A DNA stretch of 64,000 bases from an uncultured Planctomycetota bacterium (GTDB lineage: Bacteria > Planctomycetota > Planctomycetia > Pirellulales > Lacipirellulaceae). The number at the start of each line of letters is the position of its first letter. The first letter of the stretch is position 1. The notes under the pieces are model-generated. The model was not told where the DNA came from and ran no database searches. It was given only the letters and a program-made list of their open reading frames with translations. Shown one piece after another: positions 40,852 to 51,130 of the stretch. The position numbers and the translations under genes are program-made. Location of the stretch: positions 64,001 to 128,000 of the forward strand of contig CAVRBU010000011.1 in the NCBI GenBank assembly GCA_963719315.1, in the 5' to 3' direction.

Positions 40852-41370
40852 ATGAACGGTCCGATCGACGCCGAGCAGTTGGGGCGGCTCCTGGATGAGC
40901 ACGGGGCCGCGCTCGCGCTCTACGCGTCGCAATGGACCGACGCGGCCGACGATTGCGTGCAGGAAGCCTTGGTCGAGCTCGTGCGGCAATCGCAGCCACC
41001 CGACCACGCCGTCGCCTGGCTGTATCGCGTGGTGAAGAACCGGGCGCTCAACGCGGCCCGCGGCGCTCGGCGGCGTCGGGAGCGCGAAGCGCGAGCGATG
41101 GCCGACCGATTCGCTGTTGTCCAGCAATCGGCCGCGTTCGACCGCGACGAGTCGCTCGCCGCGATCGAGGCGTTGGAGCAATTGGAAACCGGCGAACGCG
41201 AGTTGGTGGTCCTGCGAATTTGGGGCGGATTGAAGTACGACGAAATCGCGGTGGCCCTGGCCATCTCGACCTCCAGCGCTCATCGGCAATACGAACGAGC
41301 GCTCACGAAACTCAGACAAATACTGGAGACGCCATGTTCGACGAACACGAACCGGCCGAATTCAAAATAG
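40852..41370 (+). CDS. ECF RNA polymerase sigma factor
   Basis: DCVQEA, AWLYRVVKNRALN region 2; EIAVAL region 4. Confidence 0.9.
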   Translation: MNGPIDAEQLGRLLDEHGAALALYASQWTDAADDCVQEALVELVRQSQPPDHAVAWLYRVVKNRALNAARGARRRREREARAMADRFAVVQQSAAFDRDESLAAIEALEQLETGERELVVLRIWGGLKYDEIAVALAISTSSAHRQYERALTKLRQILETPCSTNTNRPNSK

Positions 41371-41959
41371 CCGCTGACCTGTCGGCCGTAGAGCGGCAGC
41401 TAGCGCGGTTGACGCCCGCCGCCCCGCGCATTGACCGCGACCGGCTGATGTTCGAAGCCGGCCGCGCGGCCGAACGCGCCGCAAGCGAACCCTCTCTTGC
41501 CCCCGCCCCACCAATAAAAGCCCCCATAGCCGCGATGCTACGCAGTCGCCGGGACGCGCCGACTGCTTCTGGCCCGCCGCCACCGCCACGATGACCGCCG
41601 CGACGCTCCTGTTGGCCATCCTGCTCGTGAGGCAGCGTAACGCCGTGCAAATCGCTGCAAAGCAAGACACCTCAACGATTGTGGCCACGCAGATCGTGGC
41701 ACCGCCGCGCGAGGCCGCGGCACGTTCCGCACCGCGACCTGAAATCTCGACGACCGGTTGGCTCTCGATTCGGCCACCGAAGAGCGGTTATTTGGGCGTG
41801 CGATACGTTGCGCTGACACAAGGCGTTGCCGCGCTCGACTCGCGTTCTCCAGCCGCCGGCGGCGACCGCGACTCATCCAGTGACTTACAACGAACCCAAC
41901 GCGAATTGCTCAACGAGCTGCTGCCGACGTCGCTCCGCGAGACAAATCCGCGATCTTGA
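41334..41959 (+). CDS. Putative anti-sigma membrane protein (frameshifted)
   Basis: ERQLARLTPAAPRIDRDRLMFEAGRAA then a TM segment in another frame; overlaps the sigma gene. Confidence 0.6.
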
Positions 41960-41979
41960 TTCTCCACCGAGACTGATCC

Positions 41980-43521
41980 ATGACACGCAAATTCGCGATC
42001 CTATTGTTTGTGACTTTCGCCTGCGTCGCGCACCGGGCTCGGGCCGACGTGGCGTATGAAAACACCAAAGTCGGCGACGACGACCTCCAAGTCGTGCGGT
42101 TGACCGTCACGCCCGCGGCCGAACCCGTGCCGGCCCTGCGGCATCAACTCCTGGCGCGCGATGTGGACCTCAAATCGGGCAACGCGGTTCCGTATTACTA
42201 CCGCGCTTTCATGGAGTCGAACCAATTAATCAAGAATATCCGTCAAAAATTCGACGAGGACAAGGAACTTGGCCTCTGGTATTCAACGGGCGCCGAGGCT
42301 ACGCCCATCGCCAAGCTGCCGCTGGAGAAGGTCCGGGAAGCGAGCCAAATGTTCGACTCGATCTACAAGGAATATTTGCTGCCGGCGTTCGCGCGGAGCG
42401 ATTGCGACTGGGAATTGGGCATCGAGGAATTGCGGGGCGTGGACGTCGTCAGCTTCCTGCTGCCCGAATTCCAGGACAGCCGCGAGATCGCGCGGATGAT
42501 GGCGTTGCGGACTCGGCTGGCCATCGCCGAGCATCGCTACGACGATGCAATCACAACAATGCAGCAGCAGTACCGGCTCGGGCACGACGTGGCCAAGGTG
42601 CCGTTTCTAGTGTGCGGCCTGATCGGCATCGCGATTGATTCCATGTCCAACGGCACGCTCATCGATCTGATCGCCAATCCCGACTCGCCGAACATGTATT
42701 GGGCGCTGACCGAGTTGCCGCAACCGCCGATCAATTTGCAGCCAGCGGCCAGGTTTGAAATGGACTTCGGCCCGCGGATGTTTCCCTTCATCGATCATGC
42801 GGAAACAGCCGAGCACGCGCCGCAGGAATGGAATCGCTTGTTCACCCAAGCGATTCGCCGATTTTCCGAAGACTGAATGGTGAAATGGGCGGTAGCAGTC
42901 GGGTGGCAAAGGTCCACGGTCGATTGGAAAGATAATGCGGGCCGGCGTGGCGGCAACCGGCTAGGACTTGTTCGGCTACACGCATGCCAAAGAGCGACTG
43001 ATTGCCCAGGGCATGGCCCGCGAGCAGGTGGAGAAGATGGCCGTTGGCCAAGTGATTGCAATCTACACGGAGCGCGTTTATCGAGCAGTTCTCGGATGAC
43101 TTCGAAAAGATGTGGTACATTCCGTTTGTCAGACATGAAAACCGCGAACGCCGACTCCATGGAAAAGAATCTTCGAGCAGGCCTCCTTCTTCGGCTCGGG
43201 CGAAGATCGCGAATCTTGCCGATCGTGTCGCTTTTGATGCCTGGAATGCAGCCTGCTCGCGGCGCCCAGGTGCGATTGGAGCGCGATGTGGCGGCGCTCC
43301 GGGTGATCGAGGCGCTGCGAATGTACGCCGCCGATCACGGCGGCGGGCTTCCAAAATCGTTGGACGAAATCACCGCCGTGCCCGTGCCAAATAACCCGGC
43401 AACCGGCAATCCGTTCGAATACCGGCTCGACGGCAAAACGGCCGTGTTGGAGTTGCCCCCTTCCGACGGCCTCCACTTCAATCGACGTTTTGAAATTCAG
43501 ATTGCGGCGAAAGAAAAATAA
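41980..43521 (+). CDS. Secreted hypothetical protein (several frameshifts)
   Basis: Signal peptide; C-terminal IEALRMYAA...LPKSLDEI...NPATG..FEY motif. Confidence 0.65.
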
Positions 43522-43548
43522 GGATCACGCAAGGCTACGTACTTTTTT

Positions 43549-43640
43549 GTCCGCAGATGGCGCAGATCAGTGCAGATGAAAGCGTTTGTGATCTATCAAT
43601 TAATCAAATCCACCTGCGTCCATCTCCGACATCTGCGGAC
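43549..43640. repeat. 9-mer inverted-repeat element (nnCGCAGAT)
   Basis: GTCCGCAGATGGCGCAGAT ... ATCTCCGACATCTGCGGAC; same ends at 49722-49887. Confidence 0.85.
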
Positions 43641-43683
43641 TAAGCGTTTGTCACTTCAAGCTTGAAGCATCGAGAATAGAATC

Positions 43684-45311
43684 ATGAGAACCATTCTTAT
43701 AGGCCATACTTGTGTTTTGATCGGCGGACTTGTTTGGTCGATGTCCGCTGCGAGTTGTTCGGCACTCGCAGTTGCCGATTCAGGCGCCGTGCTCGCGCCG
43801 TTCGTGAATGACGACACGCTGGCAGCGGTCAATGTGGATGTCGGCTGAGGTCAAAGTGGCCGAGAACGCGGGCAAGCTTTTTCAACTATTGCCCAACGGT
43901 TCTGGCGATATGAAGTCGTGGATGATGGGCGCAGCGCTGGCGGAGGGTTTGGTCCAGCGATTTCGACAAGCTGGTGGCCAGGACTTGTACGTCGTCGTGG
44001 GGTTGGGCGACATTCACATTGGCGGCGGACCGCTCGGAATTGCCACGACGCGGCCGGGGCAACATTCGGAGAAAGTAGAACAACTGATTCGCGATTCGAT
44101 TCGCGAGTTCGGCGGCGCTGGACCGCGTGATGCCGGGGCGCAAATCGACGTTCTGCGAAAGGGCGACGTAGTGCTCGTAGGCACGAAATCGACGGTCGCC
44201 CGATACGCGGCGCTCAAATCGTCGCCGCGTACCGACCTCATCGAACCGCTGGCGACATTGATCGAGGGGGGCGCCATGGCGGCCGGCGTGTTCTGCCCGG
44301 GTTCGGATTATCGCCGCGTCTCGCGTGAGCTGTGGCCTGAGTTTCCGGGATCACTCGCTCCGCTGCGGGGCGAATTGGCCGATCGTTGGCTCCGCTTCGA
44401 GCTATCCATAAATCCGCCGCCGATACGCCCGGCCGCGGCTCTCGCTCGTGGCGAAAGATGCTGAAGGGGCCGAAATCTTCGCCAAGTTGTGGCACGACTT
44501 CCCCACCGCCACGACGGAATTCGGCGGCAACGAAAAATCGCGCGAGCTAGCAAAGGGCTACGTCCAACTGCTCGTCGATTCGTTGCCGGTAAAGGTCGAG
44601 GGAACGAAAGCAACCATCGAGTTGCCCACCGACGAAAACCAAATTGCGAAATTGCGCTCAACGATTACCGAGGCGGCTGACAAGTCGATGGAATCCGAAC
44701 GTCGCAATCAGCGAATAAACCAATTCAAACAGTTGCTTCTCGGAATGCTAAACTTCGAGTCCGCGAACAAGTATTTGCCTCCTCCGGCGATTTGCAACAA
44801 GGATGGTAAGCCGCTCCTGAGTTGGCGGGTCCGTATCCTTCCCTATCTCGATGAGATGAATCTTTACAAGCAATTCCACCTGGATGAACCGTGGGACAGT
44901 CCGCATAACAGCGCTCTAATCGAAAAAATGCCGGCTATCTACGCCGATCCTGACGGAAAGCTCAAACAGTTGGCTCGCGAAGGAAAAACAACGTTCCAAG
45001 TGCCGGTGGGCCCAGAAACAGTTTTCTTTAACAACGAGGGCACTTCGATACGCGAAATAAAGGACGGCACATCAAATACCGTTCTTATCGTCGAAGTCGA
45101 GCCGACCCGAGCCGTCGAATGGACGAAGCCAGAGGACTGGAAGGTCGATCTCGCGCACCCGCGACGCGGCCTGGAGCGAAGCGACCGCGGCTACGTCACG
45201 CTCGGGTATGCTGACGGGCACGTGCTAATTAACTTTCTGAAGCCCGAGAACGATAAGTGGCTCCGTGCGCAACTGACTCGCGCCGGCGGTGAAGTTGTGG
45301 ATCAACAATAA
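43684..45311 (+). CDS. DUF1559-domain protein (two frameshifts)
   Basis: KPLLSWRVRILPYL, DEPWDSPHN, IKDGTSNT and YADGHV motifs. Confidence 0.8.
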
Positions 45312-45528
45312 CGCCGGCCCCCAAATGGGTCAGCTCTATAGCTCGGCCGGCTCACCGCAGCGAATTGCCGTGGCGACTTGGCCGAGTTTTCCCATTCGCT
45401 ATACTGCTAGCATGGCCAGCCACTCGCCTTGGCAGGCCGACGAGCATTTGTTAATTTGCTCACCCCGATGACATGCCGGCCCTCGCGCCGGCACGAACGC
45501 AGCTCGGCCGACATGGAAGGAGGCCACG

Positions 45529-46050
45529 ATGACGGTTGACCACCAAACGCAGCTTCGCGTCCACATCCGCTGGATGATCCGCCGCGACATGGCGGAAGTC
45601 TTGGAAATCGAACGCGGCGCGTTCGAATTCCCCTGGTTCGAGGAGGAATTCATCCGCTGCCTGCGGCAACGCAACTGCATCGGCATGGTCGCCGAGCACG
45701 GCGAGCGCGTCGTCGGCTTCATGATCTACGAGCTGCACAAGACGCGGCTGCACATTCTGAATTTCGCCGTCGCCTCCGACGTCCGCCGCCGCAACATCGG
45801 CCGGCAGATGATCGACAAACTGATCGGCAAACTTTCCAGCCAGCGACGCACGCGGATATCGCTAGAAGTCCGCGAAACGAACCTGGCGGCCCAAGTCTTT
45901 TTCCGCTCCAGCGGCTTCAAAGCCACGAGCGTCCTGCACGAGTTCTACGACGACTCGCCGGAAGACGCGTACCTGATGCAATTCTGCTGCCAACCGGAAG
46001 ACGCGGAGATGATCCTGCCGCTGAATCGCATCGATCGATTGGCGGGCTGA
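45529..46050 (+). CDS. rimI: Ribosomal protein alanine N-acetyltransferase
   Basis: GNAT fold: LHILNFAV, LEVRETN, YDDSPEDA. Confidence 0.85.
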   Translation: MTVDHQTQLRVHIRWMIRRDMAEVLEIERGAFEFPWFEEEFIRCLRQRNCIGMVAEHGERVVGFMIYELHKTRLHILNFAVASDVRRRNIGRQMIDKLIGKLSSQRRTRISLEVRETNLAAQVFFRSSGFKATSVLHEFYDDSPEDAYLMQFCCQPEDAEMILPLNRIDRLAG

Positions 46051-46060
46051 GCACCGGCAC

Positions 46061-46122
46061 GTAGGACGGCCTTTAGTCCGTCGATTTAAGTTGCCAAGAG
46101 GACGGACTGAAGTCCGTCCTAC
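46061..46122. repeat. GTAG REP doublet related to the MITE core
   Basis: GTAGGACGGCCTTTAGTCCGTC ... GACGGACTGAAGTCCGTCCTAC. Confidence 0.9.
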
Positions 46123-46601
46123 AATTCCACAATCGTCGCTTCAACGGCCGGCAGCTCGACCACTGCCACACTGTGCGGATCGGCCCGATAAATCGCTCCC
46201 GGATTCACGACGAGCGTCTCGCCATGGCGGTCGATCGCCGCCACGTGCGTGTGGCCGTAGCAAACGAGCCGATAGTCGCCGCCGTCGATCGCCTCGCGAA
46301 ACCGCCGGCGCTCGTGGCTATGCAGCAGGGCGACCCGCACGCCCTCGAACTCTAAGTCGCCAAACAGTCCATGGCACGTTTGGCCGGCGCGCCGAATTGC
46401 GGCGGCCAACGCCTCCGGATTGTCGTCGCAATTTCCAAACACAAAGTGGGTCGGCCAAGCGGCGAATAGTTCCACCACCGCGAGCGAACCGATATCGCCG
46501 CAGTGCAGCACCGCATCAACCTCCAAACTTTCCAACATCCGCACCGCCGGCCGCGTCAGCTCCACGTGGCCATGCGTATCGCTGATAATTCCAAGCCGCA
46601 T
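46119..46601 (-). CDS. YfcE-like metallophosphoesterase
   Basis: SDTH, HCGD, GNCD, GHTH and NPG motifs. Confidence 0.92.
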   Translation of the reverse strand: MRLGIISDTHGHVELTRPAVRMLESLEVDAVLHCGDIGSLAVVELFAAWPTHFVFGNCDDNPEALAAAIRRAGQTCHGLFGDLEFEGVRVALLHSHERRRFREAIDGGDYRLVCYGHTHVAAIDRHGETLVVNPGAIYRADPHSVAVVELPAVEATIVEL

Positions 46602-46616
46602 ACATGACCTTTCATC

Positions 46617-47807
46617 TCATGGAAGTAGGATTTCGATTTCGGCACTTCGCTCGAACAATCGCCTTTCTACCGCGTCGACATCAACGTCATCATCAAACAA
46701 CGTAAGAATCGGCCGGCCTGCTTCGATCGGTGTCCCCGCCGGCGATACATCGCCCAATGTCGGCCAAGGTTTTCGGGCCGATTCGGCCAACGCCCGCTCC
46801 GCGAATTCCTCCGAAACAACAATATCCCGCCGGGCAAACAAAATAGCCTTGCCGCACGCCTTCGCCGATTCGACTCGCCGAACCTCCAGCCGCGTTCCGC
46901 CACACGCCGTCGCATGTGCCGCAATCGCGCTCACGCCCGTAAACCGTTCCACAATCTCCACCGAAGCCGTGTAGCGCGGATTGACCTCCACCGTCCACAC
47001 ATCGTTTCCGTCCAGCACGAAATCGACGCCGAACAAACCAACCAGCTCAAATTGCTCGGACAACACGTTGCCAAGCTTCTTAAGCGTAGCTTGAGCCGTC
47101 TCGGACACTGGCCAAGGCCCAACCGACCCCGCGTATTGAAACCCATGCGCCCCGAGCCACGATTCGCCGATAAGCTGGCGCGTAACGCCCAGCAGTTCCG
47201 CCGCGCCGTCCGACGCGACATAGACCGCGGCACACGGTACGCCCGCAATTCGCCGCTGGTAGACGAGACAAGGAGACAAAGAGAAGGGGAGACAAGGAGA
47301 TCCCTGGACCGAGCCTGCCTCTGATAATCTCCTTGTCTCTTTGTCTTCTTGTCTCCCCGTCTCTCCCCACAGCCGCACGCCGCTGCCGCTCGCGCCCTGA
47401 TACGTCTTGGTCAGCCACGAGCCGTCGCGCGGCAGTCCGTCGGGCTTCTCGCGAGTTTCCGGAAACAACAGGCCGGCGGTGCGTAGCACCGCGGCTAATT
47501 CCCACGGTGAGCGAACACGTGAGAGCACGTCGCCTGGGTTCCCCCACAGCGGCGCGATCCAAGCCATCTGATCGACCAGCTCCGGGTGATTCTCCAGCGC
47601 CCCGGTGTACATCCACGCCGGCGGCTCGACCGCCCGCAGCCAATCCACAAATCCCTCTGGGTACGGCGAAATTCGCGTGGAAGTCGCGATGCGGCGGAGA
47701 TCGGCGTCCGCAAACAAGTCGGCCGCAATCGGCTGAAACCCGGCCCGCACAGCCGACGCGGCGGCAGAGCGTGTACTGGCACCGACTATGGCAAGCGGCT
47801 GTGACAT
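46617..47807 (-). CDS. ATP-grasp protein (COG2232-like, probably linked to the H4MPT C1 pathway)
   Basis: DLFADAD, GASGSGV, GLFGVDF and EVNPR motifs; internal repeat-derived insertion. Confidence 0.8.
   Translation of the reverse strand: MSQPLAIVGASTRSAAASAVRAGFQPIAADLFADADLRRIATSTRISPYPEGFVDWLRAVEPPAWMYTGALENHPELVDQMAWIAPLWGNPGDVLSRVRSPWELAAVLRTAGLLFPETREKPDGLPRDGSWLTKTYQGASGSGVRLWGETGRQEDKETRRLSEAGSVQGSPCLPFSLSPCLVYQRRIAGVPCAAVYVASDGAAELLGVTRQLIGESWLGAHGFQYAGSVGPWPVSETAQATLKKLGNVLSEQFELVGLFGVDFVLDGNDVWTVEVNPRYTASVEIVERFTGVSAIAAHATACGGTRLEVRRVESAKACGKAILFARRDIVVSEEFAERALAESARKPWPTLGDVSPAGTPIEAGRPILTLFDDDVDVDAVERRLFERSAEIEILLP
47265..47363. repeat. Octamer inverted-repeat hairpin (GGAGACAA) in frame inside the CDS
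   Basis: GAGACAAGGAGACAAAGAGAAGGGGAGACAAGGAGA ... TCTCCTTGTCTCTTTGTCTTCTTGTCTCCCCGTCTC. Confidence 0.85.
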
Positions 47808-47839
47808 GCAGAAAAAGAATTGGAATAGCCGAGAGAGGG

Positions 47840-47995
47840 CACAAAAACACAAAAGATTGAATTGAACCGCAATGAACGAGGAGGAACTGGAACACTAATT
47901 ACCACTAAGCGACGCTAATTTGATTAGCGATGACTAGCGAGAATTAGTGTTCTCCTTTTGCCATTTTCCTTGGCGTGCTTGGCGACTTGGCGGTT
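47840..47995. repeat. Composite/nested short-period repeat elements
   Basis: CACAAAAACACAAAA; GAACACTAATT...AATTAGTGTTC hairpin (47890-47952); CTTGGCG 9-mer arm. Confidence 0.7.
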
Positions 47996-48030
47996 TTTCT
48001 TCTTACGCGTGCCGCATTGCCTTGCGGTAT

Positions 48031-48399
48031 TTATTTCTTGGGCCGTTCATATCGGCCGCGATATTGATCGGCCGGATATTTTTGGGCGTTCTTCACCATC
48101 TTGGCCCGGATCGCGCTCGATACATCCAGGCCTAACTCGTTTGCCAGCGCGAACGAATAGCCGATGACGTCGGCCAATTCCTCACCCACCGCGGCCAACT
48201 TTTCCGGGTCGTCGGCCAACCCCCGCGACGCTTCCGTCGTAAGCCACTGAAAATGCTCCATCAACTCCGCCGCCTCGATCGCCAGCGCCATCGACACATT
48301 TTTCGGCGCGTGAAACTGCGACCAATCCCGCTCCGCCACGAAATCAGCGATAAGCTGCCGCAGCTCGGCAACGGTGGTCGTACTATCGGATGGCGTCAT
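48031..48399 (-). CDS. MazG-like nucleotide pyrophosphohydrolase
   Basis: ERDWSQFH, EAAELMEHFQW, EELADV and KNAQKYP motifs. Confidence 0.92.
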   Translation of the reverse strand: MTPSDSTTTVAELRQLIADFVAERDWSQFHAPKNVSMALAIEAAELMEHFQWLTTEASRGLADDPEKLAAVGEELADVIGYSFALANELGLDVSSAIRAKMVKNAQKYPADQYRGRYERPKK

Positions 48400-48415
48400 G
48401 GTCGGCTGGAAAGAA

Positions 48416-48561
48416 ATTGAACGAAAGGGAACGAAGAGACCGGAGAGACAGCAAAATAAAATGTTTGCTTACGTGTCGCATGTCTTCAATTTGCAATTTG
48501 CATTTTCAATTTGCATTTTGCAATTTCCGACATCCATTTTCTCCGTTTCCTCCTGTTCGAT
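48416..48561. repeat. 9-mer inverted element enclosing a heptamer array
   Basis: ATTGAACGAAAGGGAACGAAGAGACCGGAG ... CTCCGTTTCCTCCTGTTCGAT around TTGCAAT/TTGCATT repeats. Confidence 0.65.
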
Positions 48562-48562
48562 C

Positions 48563-49570
48563 CTAGAACCCCGGCAGGTCAAGCTGCCGCGCGGTTCGAT
48601 GCTCGTCATGGTAACGCCGCCGGTAGCCATCGGCCAGATGGGCCATGATTTCCAGCACCAGCAGGTCGGCCCGCGACATCACGTGCCGCGCGCTGCGATT
48701 GCCGAGCGACCCGATCAGCTCTTCCAGCACGTGCACGTGCAACTCCATCGCGCGTTGGGCCGACACATCGGCCTCGGTGAGCAACGTAGCAAGCCTGGAC
48801 ATTTCATCGGCCAAATTCCCGGCGCCCATCACGACGTACGCCCGCAACATCTCGCGATAATGGGTGACGAGGCGCTCGGGCAGGTCGGTGGGAGGATTCG
48901 GGGTTCGGGGTTCAGGATCGAGCACTGTCGCTTGGTCCTCCTGAACCCTGAACCCCGAACCCTCAAATCCATCCGCAGTAGCAGGCGTAGTTTCTTCGCG
49001 AATCTTCTCCAACTCCGCGATCAACGCCCGCTGTTCGGCCAGCAGCCGCCCCGCCTCCTGATGTTCGTGTGCCAGCCGCTGCTGTTCCATTTGCACGAGC
49101 CGGCGATGTTCGCGTATGAGCTGGCAGCGCTCGATCGCGCGGGCGAACGTCCATAGCAGCGAACGAGTCGTCGTTTCCGCGACGCAGCAATACGCGTCGG
49201 CCCCAACTTCGTGGCAGAGCGCCGACATTTGGGCCGACGGCGCTGCCCCGAGCACGATCATCGGCTCATCGTTGCCGCCGGCGCGAAGGCCCTCGACCAG
49301 GTCGAGCGCATCGAGCACACCCGGCTCGTGGCTTACCAGCACTGCGTCGAACACTTCATCGCGCAAGTGCGAGAGTCCGGCCGTTACGCCGACCGTTTCC
49401 ACCAGCAGCACTTCGGCCGCGCAATCGGAGCGAAACGCTTCGGCCAGCCAGCCGCCGGTGCGGTGCAGCGTCGTGACATACAGCACCTTCATCCGCGACG
49501 GCATCTGGCCCCAAATTTTGGGGACCGTCCGTTTGGCGGGCAGATCGGGGGCCGATTTAGTCGCGGGCAT
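48563..49570 (-). CDS. Pseudo-receiver protein with KaiA-C/RsbU-N-like helical domain
   Basis: Receiver-like N-terminus without the phospho-Asp (FDAVLVSH); coiled linker; C-terminal YREMLRAY...MELH...LEIMAHLADGYRR. Start uncertain. Confidence 0.65.
   Translation of the reverse strand: MPATKSAPDLPAKRTVPKIWGQMPSRMKVLYVTTLHRTGGWLAEAFRSDCAAEVLLVETVGVTAGLSHLRDEVFDAVLVSHEPGVLDALDLVEGLRAGGNDEPMIVLGAAPSAQMSALCHEVGADAYCCVAETTTRSLLWTFARAIERCQLIREHRRLVQMEQQRLAHEHQEAGRLLAEQRALIAELEKIREETTPATADGFEGSGFRVQEDQATVLDPEPRTPNPPTDLPERLVTHYREMLRAYVVMGAGNLADEMSRLATLLTEADVSAQRAMELHVHVLEELIGSLGNRSARHVMSRADLLVLEIMAHLADGYRRRYHDEHRTARQLDLPGF
48893..48963. repeat. Heptamer inverted-repeat hairpin in frame inside the CDS
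   Basis: AGGATTCGGGGTTCGGGGTTCAGGA ... TCCTGAACCCTGAACCCCGAACCCT; same family as 9428-9504. Confidence 0.85.
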
Positions 49571-49721
49571 GGCGGCTCTTAGAAAATGGGCGCGGATTCG
49601 GGCCACAAACTGTAGCAATGCGCGCACAGACGGTCAACGCCGCACCGTGATAGCACTTCGCCCAGCCACACCGTAAAATCCATACGTCCGACGAAGCAGG
49701 GTAGCGCCGTCGAGCATTTTT

Positions 49722-49887
49722 GTCCGCAGATGGCGCAGATGCGCAGATATGCTCGATGGAAACACATCGACCAATGATAGTTCGGATTTGTGTTGGCCGC
49801 CGCGAATTAATATCCGTTACATCAGCACCATCCGCGTTTATGAAAATACCCCTCTTCCATCTGCGCGTATCTGCGACATCTGCGGAC
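49722..49887. repeat. 9-mer inverted-repeat element (nnCGCAGAT)
   Basis: GTCCGCAGATGGCGCAGATGCGCAGAT ... ATCTGCGCGTATCTGCGACATCTGCGGAC. Confidence 0.85.
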
Positions 49888-49916
49888 TAAAATAATCGAT
49901 TCAACGTGTGAACTAA

Positions 49917-51125
49917 ATGCGAATTGCCTACCTAGATTGTGCAAGCGGAATCAGCGGCGACATGACGCTCGCCGCCCTCGTCGATGCCGGGGCCGAGCTC
50001 GCCGCGATTCAAGCCGGCATCGATTCATTAGGTTTGCCCAGTTGCCGTCTCGCTGCCACTGAGGTCAAAAAGAAGGGCTTCCGCGCCACGCAGATTACCA
50101 TCGAATACGATCCCGAGCACAAGCACCGCCACCTGCACCACATCACGGCGATGATCGACGGCAGCACGCTCACCGCCCGGCAGAAGGAGCTGGCGACGCG
50201 CATCTTCCGCAAGCTCGCCGAGGCCGAGGCCAAAGTTCACGGCTCGACGATCGAGAAAGTTCACTTCCACGAAGTCGGCGCCGTCGATTCGATCGCCGAC
50301 ATCGTCGGCGCGGCAATCGGCTTCGACCTACTAGGCATTGAGCGCATCGTCTGTTCACCCATTCCCACAGGCCACGGCTACGTCGAAATCGCCCACGGCC
50401 GCTGCTCGATCCCGGCCCCCGCGACCGGCGAACTCCTCCGCGGCATCCCGCTGGCAGCGCTCGACTGCGAAGGTGAACTAACCACACCGACCGGCGCGGC
50501 AATCGTCGCCGCCCTGGCCGACGAATTCGGCCCGCTTTCCACCATGACTGTCGACAAGATCGGCTACGGCGCGGGCCAAAAGGATTTCCCGCAGGCCAAT
50601 ATTCTCCGCATTCTTATCGGCGAGGTCGCTTCAGCGACGGGGTTCGGCTCCGCGCTGTCTTCTCAACATGCGCCCCACACCGAATCGATCGTCCTCCTTG
50701 AAACCAATCTTGACAATGCGACCGGCGAAACCATCGGTCACGCCGTTGAAGTGCTCTGGGCGGCTGTGCGCTTGACGTTCTCGCTCACGCCAATCCAAAT
50801 GAAAAAAAGCCGACCCGGCATGTTAATCAGCGTCCAGGCGCGACCCGCAGATGCCGACAAATTGGAGGCGCTTCTATTTGCCGAGACGCCAACCCTCGGA
50901 ATACGCCGCACCACCGTGTTGCGTACCGTTTTGGCGCGCGAGGCGGGATCGGTCGAAACCCCCTGGGGACCGGTGACCGGCAAAGTCGCGTTTCTTCCCG
51001 ACGGCTCCCGGCGATTCTCGCCCGAGTACGAAGCATGTCGCGAAATTGCCGAACGAAGCGGTGTGCCTCTCGCCGTCGTCACCGCCGCTGCACTCGCCGC
51101 CCGCCCCGAGCCTGGCCCCGCCTGA
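49917..51125 (+). CDS. larC: Nickel pincer cofactor biosynthesis protein LarC
   Basis: GISGDM, HFHEVGAVDSI, ELTTPTGAA, MKKSRP and PEYE motifs. Confidence 0.93.
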   Translation: MRIAYLDCASGISGDMTLAALVDAGAELAAIQAGIDSLGLPSCRLAATEVKKKGFRATQITIEYDPEHKHRHLHHITAMIDGSTLTARQKELATRIFRKLAEAEAKVHGSTIEKVHFHEVGAVDSIADIVGAAIGFDLLGIERIVCSPIPTGHGYVEIAHGRCSIPAPATGELLRGIPLAALDCEGELTTPTGAAIVAALADEFGPLSTMTVDKIGYGAGQKDFPQANILRILIGEVASATGFGSALSSQHAPHTESIVLLETNLDNATGETIGHAVEVLWAAVRLTFSLTPIQMKKSRPGMLISVQARPADADKLEALLFAETPTLGIRRTTVLRTVLAREAGSVETPWGPVTGKVAFLPDGSRRFSPEYEACREIAERSGVPLAVVTAAALAARPEPGPA

Positions 51126-51130
51126 TATCG

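Noticed and set aside
45412..45471. 19-codon leader peptide upstream of rimI after a TATACT box
   Set aside because: No attenuator structure or biased codons; the ATG may simply coincide with the transcription start.
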